Below, piece after piece: positions 10,183 through 20,154 of a stretch of 64,000 nucleotides of DNA. Numbering within the stretch: the first letter of the stretch is position 1; each line of letters begins with the position of its first letter. Made by a program: the position numbers and the translations under genes. The stretch comes from Clostridia bacterium (GTDB lineage Bacteria > Bacillota > Clostridia > JAAYHZ01), in contig JBMNIH010000008.1 in the NCBI GenBank assembly GCA_050950825.1, positions 113,288-177,287 on the forward strand, in the 5' to 3' direction. The notes under the pieces were generated by a model. That model searched no databases and had not been told where the DNA came from. It was given only the letters and a program-made list of their open reading frames with translations.

Positions 10183-10493
10183 AACATATACCGAGGGATG
10201 AAGAGGAGATGCAAGCGACCAATTTCTCAACGTCCCCCTCGTCTTTTATATCGTAGCATGGCGAACACCGTATTACTTTTATATTTGTTTAGGTAATGAT
10301 AGTCTCAGGAATCAGCTAAAAATGCATGCTTTCTTTACTAGTAATTTTTTGTATTTGCGTTTGCATTAGTAAAGTCCACAATATTTTTATTAATATTTTT
10401 GCAAAAGTAAAATCAACTGCAGCTTTCGAAGGGTGGACTTTACTTTTTCGATTAAAGACCGAATTACATGCCTTGAATTTTGAAAAAAGGGTG

Positions 10494-10523
10494 TTGACAA
10501 AAAGGATAGCCTGCTTGTATAAT
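10494..10523 (+). promoter_or_regulatory. Sigma-A promoter of the tRNA pair
   Basis: TTGACA-N18-TATAAT, 17 nt before tRNA-Gly. Confidence 0.8.
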
Positions 10524-10540
10524 GTAAAAGTCCGAAAAAC

Positions 10541-10614
10541 GCGGGTGTAGTTCAATGGTAGAACATCAGCCTTCCAAGCTGATTGCGAGGGTTCGATTCC
10601 CTTCACCCGCTCCA
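10541..10614 (+). tRNA. tRNA-Gly(TCC)
   Basis: Cloverleaf, anticodon arm TCAGC-CT-TCC-AA-GCTGA, GGTTCGATTCC, encoded CCA. Confidence 0.97.
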
Positions 10615-10627
10615 TAATCAACCACAT

Positions 10628-10704
<77 letters not shown>

Positions 10705-10879
10705 CAGATTGTCCGAAAACCTGCTAAAATAGCAGGTTTTCGATGTTTTATCGGTTTGTATGATCACTTTTTCAACGAACTTGAAGAAAACGGTGAAGAA
10801 AAACCGTTGTAATAAAACGGAAATATCAAGAATTCGATATATTAAACGTGATAAAGAAGATAAATAATATAGAAACGAC

Positions 10880-11280
10880 TTACATAGCTGCTATTAATCT
10901 TTGAACTCCCACCATATTAATCGCTCTACGCATGTTATAGGCAAGAAAACACAACCCAAGTTCTGCCGTGATTTTTTCTTTTCCATGACATAAGACATAG
11001 TGGCTTAAATTATGCCATTTTATTGTACCAAATTGATGCTCCGAATGGCACATTCGCTTTTTTCTCATTTCATCCGTATACTTCATTCAGATAAGGACTT
11101 TTTTGTGACTTGTCTTCTTAAAGTTGTTCGGGAGCTTTTCGCCTTCCGGCATGAGTTGCAATGGACGCTCCTTGCATGAATTCATTCTTATGGGAGCATA
11201 CTTTGCTTTTGGTCCAAACGCGGCAACCATGAACCCGGATTACGTACACTTGTTGGTACAAAATCGACAAGCCGCCTTAC
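10880..11280 (-). pseudogene. C-terminal remnant of an IS1182-like transposase
   Basis: KKRMCHSEHQFGTIKW...ELGLCFLAYNMRRAI; it also truncates the AbiEii 3' end. Confidence 0.7.
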
Positions 11281-12120
11281 TCGCTTCATAAGGTGGTTGG
11301 AGAAAATCAATAATTAATTTAACAACATCGGTAAAGTCAAGTTTATATTGCAGTATTTTTTTACAAAAATTGCCCCATCTTCTTATAATAATAGACTCAT
11401 CAGCTAACCTTAAAATAATAGTGACAGAATCTTTTTCATAAGGTGTGCCCCGGTTAGTAAGGGTTTCATAAATAGCTTCCTGTAATTTACGTCCATCGAA
11501 ATTAAAGGTTGTTGCCATATAATATATATCAAAGAAGTCTTTCATCCTGCTTGTAGCTTCCATTAGTGATATGATAGCATCTAATTTTTCTGCCACTGTG
11601 GATTCCAATGAATAAGTCAGAATCTTAGGTTCCTCAAATTCTGGAAGTAATACCGGTAAAGTTCGTTCAACTGGCGAAGGTACTACAACATCACCAACTC
11701 CCAAGTCTATACTAAAAGGGATCTTAACCCTTCCAATAGACCCCATGAGGTAAATTCTAATACCATGGTATTTCTTTATCTCTCTGATAGTTTCTATCCT
11801 TCTAATCTCAAACTGTATAAAATTATTTTTGCCAGTTGAGGAAATAATATTTTTTTAACAAGCTTTTCTACTGCATCCATATCGTTAGGATAATTTCTTA
11901 AAAGATAATCTGCATCAACTGTTGGTCTTGCGGCAAATCCACTGATTGAATATAATAAAAAGCCGCCTTTAAGAATAACTTTTTCTTTGTAATCACTTTC
12001 TGAAAGTCTTCGAATAAATTCCTCCTGGCAAAATAGATTTAGGAGCTGTTGTAATGGAATACCTTGTTCTTTTGATTTGTTTTTAAGTCTCGCTATGACT
12101 GAAGCTTCAATATTTCCCAT
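11280..12120 (-). pseudogene. AbiEii/AbiGii nucleotidyltransferase toxin (type IV TA), one +1 frameshift, 3' end truncated
   Basis: LKGG..RPTVDAD and AEKLDAI..SRMKDFFD motifs; removing one A from the A7 run near 11850 joins the two ORFs. Confidence 0.82.
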
Positions 12121-12716
12121 TATAACCACATCCCTATACGAGTTTGCACTTTATTCTTAATATTAAATATTTCTGCATACTCAAACAGCTTTCTTATGTT
12201 TTTCTTCGAATCCTCTATATAACGGCCAATAGCATTATAAAATACTTCTTTCTCCAGTTTTTTCTCATAACGGAGGACATCGCAAATTGTGCGATCTCTG
12301 TTGTATATCTTTATTTCAATGCCATCTATCTCTATTATATCTACACCAATGTCTAAAAACTTTGGTTCAAGATAGTAAGGTTCTATTAGAGGATAATCAA
12401 TTCTATACTGAGTTGTTTTACTATATCTATCCACAGCAATTTGCCATGCCGGCGGTATGCGGTCTGTGTAGTCATAATGGAATAAGGCACTTTCAAGAAA
12501 TATAACTGCTCGCGGAAATAAACGTGCAATAATTACCTCTTTACGAATAACATAATCTGTAAGTTCATAAAAACCGCGTTTAGCCTTTGTAATAATCCCT
12601 TCATTTAGAAGTCTTTTTATCTGGCGACTCGAAAGTCCTAAATCTTTAAGCTCTACAGTTTTTAAGATTCCCCCGCATCTTTGAAATTCCTTCTTCAAAA
12701 TATCAATTTGTATCAT
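12120..12716 (-). CDS. AbiEi antitoxin (type IV TA)
   Basis: N-terminal wHTH, RGFYEL, ESALFHY, YNRDRTICD; its stop abuts the toxin start. Confidence 0.85.
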   Translation of the reverse strand: MIQIDILKKEFQRCGGILKTVELKDLGLSSRQIKRLLNEGIITKAKRGFYELTDYVIRKEVIIARLFPRAVIFLESALFHYDYTDRIPPAWQIAVDRYSKTTQYRIDYPLIEPYYLEPKFLDIGVDIIEIDGIEIKIYNRDRTICDVLRYEKKLEKEVFYNAIGRYIEDSKKNIRKLFEYAEIFNIKNKVQTRIGMWL

Positions 12717-12718
12717 TT

Positions 12719-12766
12719 TGCACCTCTCGGCCTGCATTTGTTTTTCGATGCAGTCTTTTAAGTGCA
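12719..12766. promoter_or_regulatory. Two TGCA-N10-TGCA inverted repeats, putative AbiEi autorepression operators
   Basis: TGCA at 12719, 12733, 12749 and 12763, between a TATAAT box and the start codon. Confidence 0.45.
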
Positions 12767-13030
12767 TTATACCATATTATTACTATTAAATAATGATCTG
12801 CTTTTTATGCGGGTTTAATCAAATAAGTAATATAAGTTATAAAGATATATAAGCAAATATCTACCAATTACATTTCCGGAAATCGTGTAGAAACCTCTGT
12901 TATAAAAATTATTAGAAACGGCTTCTATGTCTATACTAACAAATTATATTTAGGTGATCCGTTGGTTTTACAATAAATGAAATAATGTGAAATACAGTAG
13001 CATCAAGGGTTCTGATGTGCAGAACCTCCT

Positions 13031-13077
13031 AACGGACTTCTAATCCCTAGGTCGGGGATTCGAATTCCTTCAGGCAC
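13031..13077 (+). repeat. Degenerate copy of the tRNA-Arg 3' half (att site)
   Basis: 43/47 identity to 10654-10700. Confidence 0.85.
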
Positions 13078-13263
13078 AACATTTCGAAAGTCCTTGCAGT
13101 GCAAATATTTTTGACGTTTTAAAGTAAAAAACAGGATGCAATAATATTCGATTCTTTGCCCGATTTACAACAACATCCTAAGTAATTTCGCCTTACATAA
13201 TAACAGCGGATTATATACAAAAAAAATCCGCTGCTATTGTCTATTCCATATTTTGTTGAAAAA

Positions 13264-13577
13264 CTAATATTGACTGGCCGTTTTTCGGTTGACGGTAAAC
13301 TTGACCTTTTTCTCGCCCTCTTACGTATATAAAGTCGATGGTATCCACTTTATCCTTGGCGACCAAGTAGCCGCCTTTTCCTCCCATGTCTTCACCGATA
13401 TAGTAGAGCAGGGCTTCTTGGGTACATTCCTTCAAGCATGCCGCACAAACCCCAGCAGTCTTTAGGATACATCATTTCCACTTTGCCGTTCACCCCTAAT
13501 TCCAGCAAATTGCCGGGGCATATATCCACGCATTTTCCGCAGCCGATACATTTATCCTGTAATATCTTTATGCTCAT
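13264..13577 (-). CDS. aprB: Adenylylsulfate reductase beta subunit-like ferredoxin (two apparent +1 frameshifts)
   Basis: CIGCGKCVDICP and, after correction, CWGCAACLKEC; overlaps the aprA end. Confidence 0.75.
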
Positions 13578-15251
13578 AGATTTCATCCCTTCCTACCAAT
13601 TCTCTGTATATGATGTTAAACTTCCCGTCTTTATATACCGAATTCACGTATTTCAACCAATTTTGGTCGTCTTGATTCGGATAATCGGCGTTGTTCAGAT
13701 AGCAGTACCATCGCGATTCTTTTCGAGCCAGTATATGCGCAATCAAGGCCCTGCATACCAACAAAGCGGTCTTTCACCTCGTGAATAAACAACAAATCGT
13801 GCATCGTGGAGGCTTTTAACGTTTCCACCAACTCCGACAACCTTACGATTTCTTTTTCCCGCCTCCAACAGCTTATTTTGGTAGATAATATAGTTTTCGG
13901 ATATCCCTCCCGCCTTTTTGTCCATGACATCCTGCATCATCAATTCCAAATCTTCAATGGTCAAATCGGTTTCGGGATTATCGAAGTACCGTTCCAATCC
14001 TTCTTTCGTTTTGATTATCTCATCCATATCCGGTTCCGGATCGGGTACGCCTCTTGATATATTCCAAAGCGGATACGGAAGCTATTAATCCTTCCGCAAA
14101 ACAACCCGGTACGTATTTTTTCGGGCTTCCTCCCACCACGTCTCCTGCGGCATACAGCCCTTTTAGCGTGGTTCCGCGGCCGGTATCTACCCAATAGCCG
14201 CTTGCGGCGTGGCCGCCGACGATATACGGTTCCGTTCCTTCGATTTCCCACGTTTTCCTTCGACGGACCGGTATCGTTTTCCAACCATTTCAACGGCTGG
14301 GCTATGGACATGTTAAAATATGCTTTAAACAAGTCCTGCTCTTGATCCTCGGAAATACCCTTCGTTTCCAAATAGCACGGTCCTTTGCCTTTTAAATTTT
14401 CCTGAATGGTGGCAAACAATCTTCCCGGAGTGGAGCTTTTGTATTTTTCAGCGTATTCTTCCCCCGTCTTATTTACCTGCCTTACATTCAACCCCTCCGG
14501 CGATGGTGCCGGTAGGAGAAATGGTGTCCTTGCATCGAAGTGCAATAAAGCGCATTTCGAAGGTCGTCATTTCGGCACCGGCTCGAATCCCCATGGCATA
14601 TCCGGCTCCGGTATTAAAGGGGCAGTACCAGATCTTATGTCTTGAAAAGCTCCAATGCTTCGGCAGGTACAATCCCGCTGCGCCGCCGGTAGCGCATATG
14701 ACGGCTTTCGCATAAATGACCACAAACACTCTCAGGTTAACCATAAAACCGTAAGCGCCGATCACTCTTCCGTCCCGTATAATATAGTCAATCATATTGA
14801 CTTTATTCATTACGATTACATTTTCCGCTCTTCGAACGGAACGGGCCAATATGGGCTTTATGTTTTCACCGTTGATACGAATGCCCCTTCGTCCTCGGGG
14901 AATGTAATTGCCGTTCTCATCCTTTAAAATGGGCAATCCCATGGACTCGATTTTACGGGTAACCTCTTCGATCTTCTCCGCCATGGTAATCAGCAAGTCT
15001 TCACGGACGATGCCTTGGGAATCCTTTTTGACATAGTCCACGTAGGAATCCGGCGTATCTCCTTTATTTATATACCCGTTCAAAGCGTTGATTCCGCCGG
15101 CGAGGCAGCCGCTTCTTCGGATATTCGCTTTATCTACCAATATCACCTTACAATCGGATTTTTCATGTAAAGTCAAAGCGCTGTAGCATCCGGCGGCTCC
15201 GGCGCCGATGATCAAGATATCCGTATTGTATATTTGTACTCCTAAATTCAT
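13552..15251 (-). CDS. aprA: Adenylylsulfate reductase alpha subunit (five apparent +1 frameshifts)
   Basis: GAGAAG FAD motif, DKANIRRSGCLAGGINALN, GAEMTTFEMRFIALRCKD, ARKESRW. Confidence 0.82.
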
Positions 15252-15271
15252 ACCGTTTATTCTCCAAGCTG

Positions 15272-16552
15272 TCAAAACAACGTTTTCAACTGCTTCTCAA
15301 CCGTTTCCGGATTGAAATCTTTTTTATCGATCACAAGAGAGGGCTGCAAATGATAAATGTCGAAATCTTTCTTGATCCGATCAAAGCCTCCACCGGTAAT
15401 ATTCAACATTATCACATCATTCTTGCCGCACTTTTTATTTCTCACATAAGACATTAAAGAAGCCAACGCGATTCCGCCTTCGGGGCAAATGAGAGCGCCT
15501 TCGGTTTTTAGGAACAATTCCACGGCTTCCTTTGCTTCCTCGTTGGTAAAGGCATCCACTTCGCCTTCCGTATCCGTTAATATGTCGTAAAGCCCGCCCT
15601 TGACGGAATACGGCGGATTACGGTTGCTTAAAACGGTGGCCGCGATGTATTCCAATTTTTTATTCGCTTCTTCCGAGGTCATAGGCTCAACGGTTCTGCT
15701 TCTTTTCTTCCATGCATCCGCGATGGGTTGGAACGGTGCGTTTTGCGACAAAACAAGCTTCATCTTCTTCGGATCGTATTGTTTGGATTCGATCAGCTGC
15801 AAATTGCTTTCATAAGCCGCAATGGCTCCGGTTCCGCTTCCGATGGCTTGGAAATAAAGGTCCGGGATGGTTTCCGCAGCTTCCACGAAAGAAAACACGG
15901 TTGTTCCCATACCGGCGCGCCTTGCTACGTTCTTTGCACCGCCCTCATTGACAAAGCCCGGCAGCGAAGCGATGATTCCCGAAAGGGTTATGGCGTCCAA
16001 ATAATCGGAATCCCCTCCTGCGGCAACAATGCGAATGCAAGGGTCAATAGGCTTTACCGACCAGATGGCGTTCATGTTTTTATACGGCACAACCATTACC
16101 AAAGGTATTTTATTCTCCGAACATACTTTTATGAATGCTCTTGCCGTGTTTCCGGCGGATGCAACCACCAGAACCTTGTCGCCGTTTTCCGGCAGTCTTG
16201 CGCATACCGTGTAGGCTTCCGTTTCCTTGAAGGTACCGGTTGTCATGTAGGCACCCTTTTCAGGCCAATATCCGTTGAAGGTGATATATAAAGATCGAAG
16301 ATCCAAATATTCCGCCAAAGCTTTGCTTTTGTATGTAATCGGACTTGCCGATCCTTTTAGAATGCGGTTGATAGGAAGCCTTTCCGCATACCGATAAAGG
16401 CCGGGATATTGATCGTTAATTTTGAATTTTTCGGACTTGTACAAAGGTCTTAAAAGAGCGGCACTTTTTGCATTGGGATTGGAAAGAATATAGCCGTCGT
16501 CTATGATCCTTTCGAGGGTATCTAAGCATACGAGATGGTCGTGATAAAGCAT
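15272..16552 (-). CDS. Cysteate synthase (threonine-synthase-like PLP enzyme)
   Basis: FNGYWPEKGA.MTTGTFKETEA, VASAGNTARAF, EGGAKNVARR, YFQAIGSGTG, VLSNRNPPYS, LNITGGG. Confidence 0.82.
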   Translation of the reverse strand: MLYHDHLVCLDTLERIIDDGYILSNPNAKSAALLRPLYKSEKFKINDQYPGLYRYAERLPINRILKGSASPITYKSKALAEYLDLRSLYITFNGYWPEKGAYMTTGTFKETEAYTVCARLPENGDKVLVVASAGNTARAFIKVCSENKIPLVMVVPYKNMNAIWSVKPIDPCIRIVAAGGDSDYLDAITLSGIIASLPGFVNEGGAKNVARRAGMGTTVFSFVEAAETIPDLYFQAIGSGTGAIAAYESNLQLIESKQYDPKKMKLVLSQNAPFQPIADAWKKRSRTVEPMTSEEANKKLEYIAATVLSNRNPPYSVKGGLYDILTDTEGEVDAFTNEEAKEAVELFLKTEGALICPEGGIALASLMSYVRNKKCGKNDVIMLNITGGGFDRIKKDFDIYHLQPSLVIDKKDFNPETVEKQLKTLF

Positions 16553-16581
16553 TTTTTTGACTCCGTTCCTTTTTAATTTAT

Positions 16582-16610
16582 ACAATAACAAAAATAGAAT
16601 CTTGCGTCAA
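16582..16610 (-). promoter_or_regulatory. Putative sigma-A promoter of the cysteate synthase operon
   Basis: TTGACG-N17-TATTGT with an extended -10 TG. Confidence 0.45.
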
Positions 16611-16806
16611 TGTTATGGAAAGCAGATAATTTATTTTAAGGTATTATTTACCTTTTTCATTGTAATTTCCGCTTTTCCATCCGAGCAAAAAAATCTTATT
16701 ACCCATTATACTTCATTTTGAACAAAATCAATATTAAATGTTCAAAATGAATTTCTTTTTTTATTTTATTCGATTGACATAAGAATTCCGGTAGCGATTA
16801 AATAAA

Positions 16807-16841
16807 AACTCCCTGCCGTCGGTTCGTTGCGGCAAGGAGTT
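16807..16841 (-). terminator. Putative intrinsic terminator after dgoD
   Basis: Imperfect stem AACTCCCTGCCG...CGGCAAGGAGTT followed by Ts on the minus strand. Confidence 0.55.
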
Positions 16842-16867
16842 GAAAATTTTCGTTAAGATTCAAAGGC

Positions 16868-18016
16868 TTACCATTCCGCTACGGAGTTGTCTTGGTTTCT
16901 CCATATGGGATTTTTCCATGTATGACCGATTTTCGCCATTTCTTTGACCTTTTCTTCGTTGATATCGATTCCCAAACCGGGTTTCTTCGGCAAGGAGACG
17001 TATCCGTCCTTGTAGCCGAATTCTCCGGGGTCCGTTAAATAATCCAACAAATCGGAACCTTGGTTGTAATGGATGCCTAAGCTTTGTTCTTGTATAAACG
17101 CGTTAATGGACATAAAATCCACCTGGAAACATGCCGCAAGAGCAATGGGACCTAAAGGACAATGAGGCGCTAAGGCCACATCGTAGGCTTCCGCCATGGC
17201 CGCAATTTTCCTTACTTCCGATATGCCTCCGGCATGACTTAAATCCGGTTGAATGATGTCCACATACCCGTCCTGAAGCATTTTCTTAAAATCCCAACGG
17301 GTATAGTTCCGTTCTCCGGTTGCAATGGGAGTTACCGTATGGTTTCGGAGGTCTTTGAAGGCTTCGTAGTTTTCAATCAGAACCGGCTCCTCAATGAACA
17401 TTAAATGAAAAGGTTCCAGCTCCTTCATTAATATTCGAGCCATGGCCTTATGGATTCTACCGTGAAAATCGACGGCAATATCCAACTTATATCCCATCTT
17501 TTCGCGGATGGCCGCCACTCTTTTTACGCAGCCTTCCACTTTTTCAAAAGAATCGATCCATTCGGTATTGTCGGTTCCATTCATCTTTACGGCGTTGTAG
17601 CCTTCTTTGTAAGCTTTTTGCGCTTCTTCCGCCACGTTATCCGGCCGGTCTCCCCCGATCCAACGGTAAACCCGCATTTTGTCCCGGACCTTGCCGCCTA
17701 GCATCTCGTAAATCGGCATGTTATAATACTTTCCCTTGATATCCCACAAGGCTTGGTCGATACCGGACAAGGCGCTGGTCAGCACCGGACCGCCACGGTA
17801 AAATCCTCCTCGGTATAGCACCTGCCAAATGTCCTCGATGTCGCCGGCGGATCTTCCGATCACGTATTCTTTTAATTCATGAATACAGGCTTCCACCGTG
17901 TCGGCACGTCCTTCCACCACAGGCTCTCCCCAGCCTATGTAGCCGGATTGAGTCTCGATTTTCAAGAACAACCATCGAGGCGGAACCTTGTATGTCGTCA
18001 TGCTCATAATTTTCAC
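16868..18016 (-). CDS. dgoD: Galactonate dehydratase
   Basis: PPRWLFLKIET, GWGEPVVEG, YRGGP, DFHGR, FIEEP, ALAPHCPLGP, EQSLGIHYN. Confidence 0.93.
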   Translation of the reverse strand: MKIMSMTTYKVPPRWLFLKIETQSGYIGWGEPVVEGRADTVEACIHELKEYVIGRSAGDIEDIWQVLYRGGFYRGGPVLTSALSGIDQALWDIKGKYYNMPIYEMLGGKVRDKMRVYRWIGGDRPDNVAEEAQKAYKEGYNAVKMNGTDNTEWIDSFEKVEGCVKRVAAIREKMGYKLDIAVDFHGRIHKAMARILMKELEPFHLMFIEEPVLIENYEAFKDLRNHTVTPIATGERNYTRWDFKKMLQDGYVDIIQPDLSHAGGISEVRKIAAMAEAYDVALAPHCPLGPIALAACFQVDFMSINAFIQEQSLGIHYNQGSDLLDYLTDPGEFGYKDGYVSLPKKPGLGIDINEEKVKEMAKIGHTWKNPIWRNQDNSVAEW

Positions 18017-18045
18017 TTTTTAACACCTCCTCATTCCCTTCTCCA

Positions 18046-18702
18046 TTATAGCCCACGATATTGATTTACGATCTCTACATAAGCTTTTGCCCTTTCACGA
18101 AGGACATCCCATTTTCCGTCGTTGATCACCGAGGAGCCTGCCAAAGAGCTTCCGATGCCCACGCCTTGGACGCCGGCATCCAAAAAGTCCTTCATATTTT
18201 TCACGTCCACACCGCCTACCGCAATCAAAGGAATATAGCCTAAGGGTCCCTGCAAATCCTTTATATATCTCGGACCTAAGGTCCCCGCCGGAAACAGCTT
18301 GACCATATGAGCGCCGCATCGATACGCAAACGCGATTTCCGTAGGGGTCATTGCTCCCGGAATCGACACCAATCCTTGTTTAACCGTTTGCCGGATAACG
18401 GCTTCGTCCGTATTCGGAGAAATGATGTAAGCGGCGCCGGCACCCTTCGCCCGATTCACCTGCTCCTCCGTCATCACCGTTCCCGCTCCTAAGTATATGC
18501 GATCTTCGAATGTTTTTTTCAATAAGCCGATTTGCCGAAGACTTTCCTTGATCCCTTCCTCGGAAGACTGGTCCAAAGTTACTTCGAACAAACGGATTCC
18601 CTCCTGCAGCATAATCTCCGTTGCTTGCAAGATTTGCTCGGTCCGTACTTTTCGGATTATGCATACGACTTTGTATTCTTTAATGGCATCAAGAACCTTC
18701 AT
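18046..18702 (-). CDS. KDPG/KHG/KDPGal aldolase
   Basis: EVT, GAGTV, PGAMTPTE, VKLFPA, AVGGV. Confidence 0.9.
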   Translation of the reverse strand: MKVLDAIKEYKVVCIIRKVRTEQILQATEIMLQEGIRLFEVTLDQSSEEGIKESLRQIGLLKKTFEDRIYLGAGTVMTEEQVNRAKGAGAAYIISPNTDEAVIRQTVKQGLVSIPGAMTPTEIAFAYRCGAHMVKLFPAGTLGPRYIKDLQGPLGYIPLIAVGGVDVKNMKDFLDAGVQGVGIGSSLAGSSVINDGKWDVLRERAKAYVEIVNQYRGL

Positions 18703-18707
18703 AAGAC

Positions 18708-19025
18708 TTACTCTCCTCGATACAAATACTTTTTTAAATCCACCTTGTCTCCCATAACTTCCACGTTTTCTTCCGTAAGGAGCTTCTTTTGAACCTCAAG
18801 GCCTCCGAAGGCAAAGGCACCCGTCAGCTTTCCGGAGGAAGATACCACACGATGGCATGGAATTTCCCGAGGGAACGGATTGTTATGCAATATATTGCCT
18901 ACGGCGCGGGAAGCCTCGGGGCTTCCCGCTAAAATGGCGATTCTTTTGTAAGTAGATACATACCCTTTCGGAATTCTTTTTACCGCTTCATAAACCCTTC
19001 GGCTGAATTCAGGAATTCCTGCCAT
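18708..19025 (-). CDS. MGMT family protein (single alkyltransferase domain)
   Basis: IPKG.V.TY, RAVG, IPCHRVV. Confidence 0.88.
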   Translation of the reverse strand: MAGIPEFSRRVYEAVKRIPKGYVSTYKRIAILAGSPEASRAVGNILHNNPFPREIPCHRVVSSSGKLTGAFAFGGLEVQKKLLTEENVEVMGDKVDLKKYLYRGE

Positions 19026-20110
19026 TATACTCGCTCCAATATACGATTGACTTTTTGTTCGAAGGCGGACAATTGATCCGCTCCATCCAAAATACCGATT
19101 TCCACCCTCATTTCTTTCGTTTCACCGGGCTTTAGATAAGGCAGGATGCCTTCTTTTTTCAATTGGACACGGTTCGCCACCTTGGTATTCACCGGTTCGA
19201 TGGCCAAAACGTATTCTTTATTCGCCGCCGATTTCCATTGGGAGATAAAAGGCAGTGCGTCTACATTGGCGGATATATAAAGACCTAAACCCTGTCCTAA
19301 GGAAGGATTCAAAACTCCTGCATAGCATCGGCCGTCCTCGTCTGCCGCCATGGTATGAAGAAAATTCTCTTCCGGGAAAAATTCCTGCGGAGGGTCGAAT
19401 ATTCGATGCTTGTCCATGTTCTTTACGGATTGCTCGTCGTATCCCCACACGCTTTTGGAGGACAAAACCAAGCGAGCGTTTTCGTCTAAAAGAGGAAAGC
19501 CTGCGTTAATGTGATACAAAATCAAAAACGGAGTTTCCTTCATACCGGCATTTTCCACTCGGTCGGTTATAACCAGCTTTCGTTCGCCGGCAACGCTCTT
19601 TATGTTCCTTCTTAATATCAATTTGGATCCGAAAAAGACGGACTCCTGCATCACGCCTTCGAACTCCAGAATATAGTCGTCATTTTCCCAGCGGGACAAA
19701 TCGTTAAAATTCTCCGCCGGAACGTAAGCGATGTCGCCGTGAAGGCCGTAGGATTCACCTTCATCCGTGCAAGGAGCACCTAAATTCTGCAGTCCGCAAG
19801 TGGTAACCAGTCCTGCAAAAAAACCTTTCATCCAATCGTTTCCGATACCGGTGTAGTAGGAAGGATGCACTTCTCCGGTTTCGCCTTGGTATACCAAATT
19901 GATGCCTTTGTAGGAGCACAACGATATATCCATGCAGCGGTCCGGCAAGACGGTGTAATGAAAACCGTTTCCGGCATTTACGTCCACGCCTCGTACTCCC
20001 TCGGCTTTGCCTTCGCTTAGCCGATATTTTCGACTTCCCGCTACCTGCCGGAAACGGCCGACATAATTTTCAATTTGCTCTCTTGTATATTTCTTTCCAA
20101 ATATATCCAC
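19025..20110 (-). CDS. Aldose 1-epimerase family (DUF4432-like) protein
   Basis: PDRCMDI, TTCGL..G.P, GLHG, LYHINAGFP, LAIEP. Confidence 0.8.
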   Translation of the reverse strand: MDIFGKKYTREQIENYVGRFRQVAGSRKYRLSEGKAEGVRGVDVNAGNGFHYTVLPDRCMDISLCSYKGINLVYQGETGEVHPSYYTGIGNDWMKGFFAGLVTTCGLQNLGAPCTDEGESYGLHGDIAYVPAENFNDLSRWENDDYILEFEGVMQESVFFGSKLILRRNIKSVAGERKLVITDRVENAGMKETPFLILYHINAGFPLLDENARLVLSSKSVWGYDEQSVKNMDKHRIFDPPQEFFPEENFLHTMAADEDGRCYAGVLNPSLGQGLGLYISANVDALPFISQWKSAANKEYVLAIEPVNTKVANRVQLKKEGILPYLKPGETKEMRVEIGILDGADQLSAFEQKVNRILERV

Positions 20111-20154
20111 GATATTTAAAGAACTCCTTTCCCTTGTATTTTCCCTACAAGCTC

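Larger units (their letters stand above)
5351..10457 (-). mobile_element. IS30-family element (about 2.08 kb once its two nested ISs are removed)
   Basis: Imperfect terminal IRs CCTTGATTGAAAAAGTAAAGTCCAC / CTTTAATCGAAAAAGTAAAGTCCAC (reverse complement). 13-bp direct repeat ACCGAATTACATG at 5338-5350 and 10458-10470. Confidence 0.85.

Noticed and set aside
13031-13077. Third tRNA gene
   Set aside because: Only the 3' half, with stem mismatches and no CCA; it is an att remnant.
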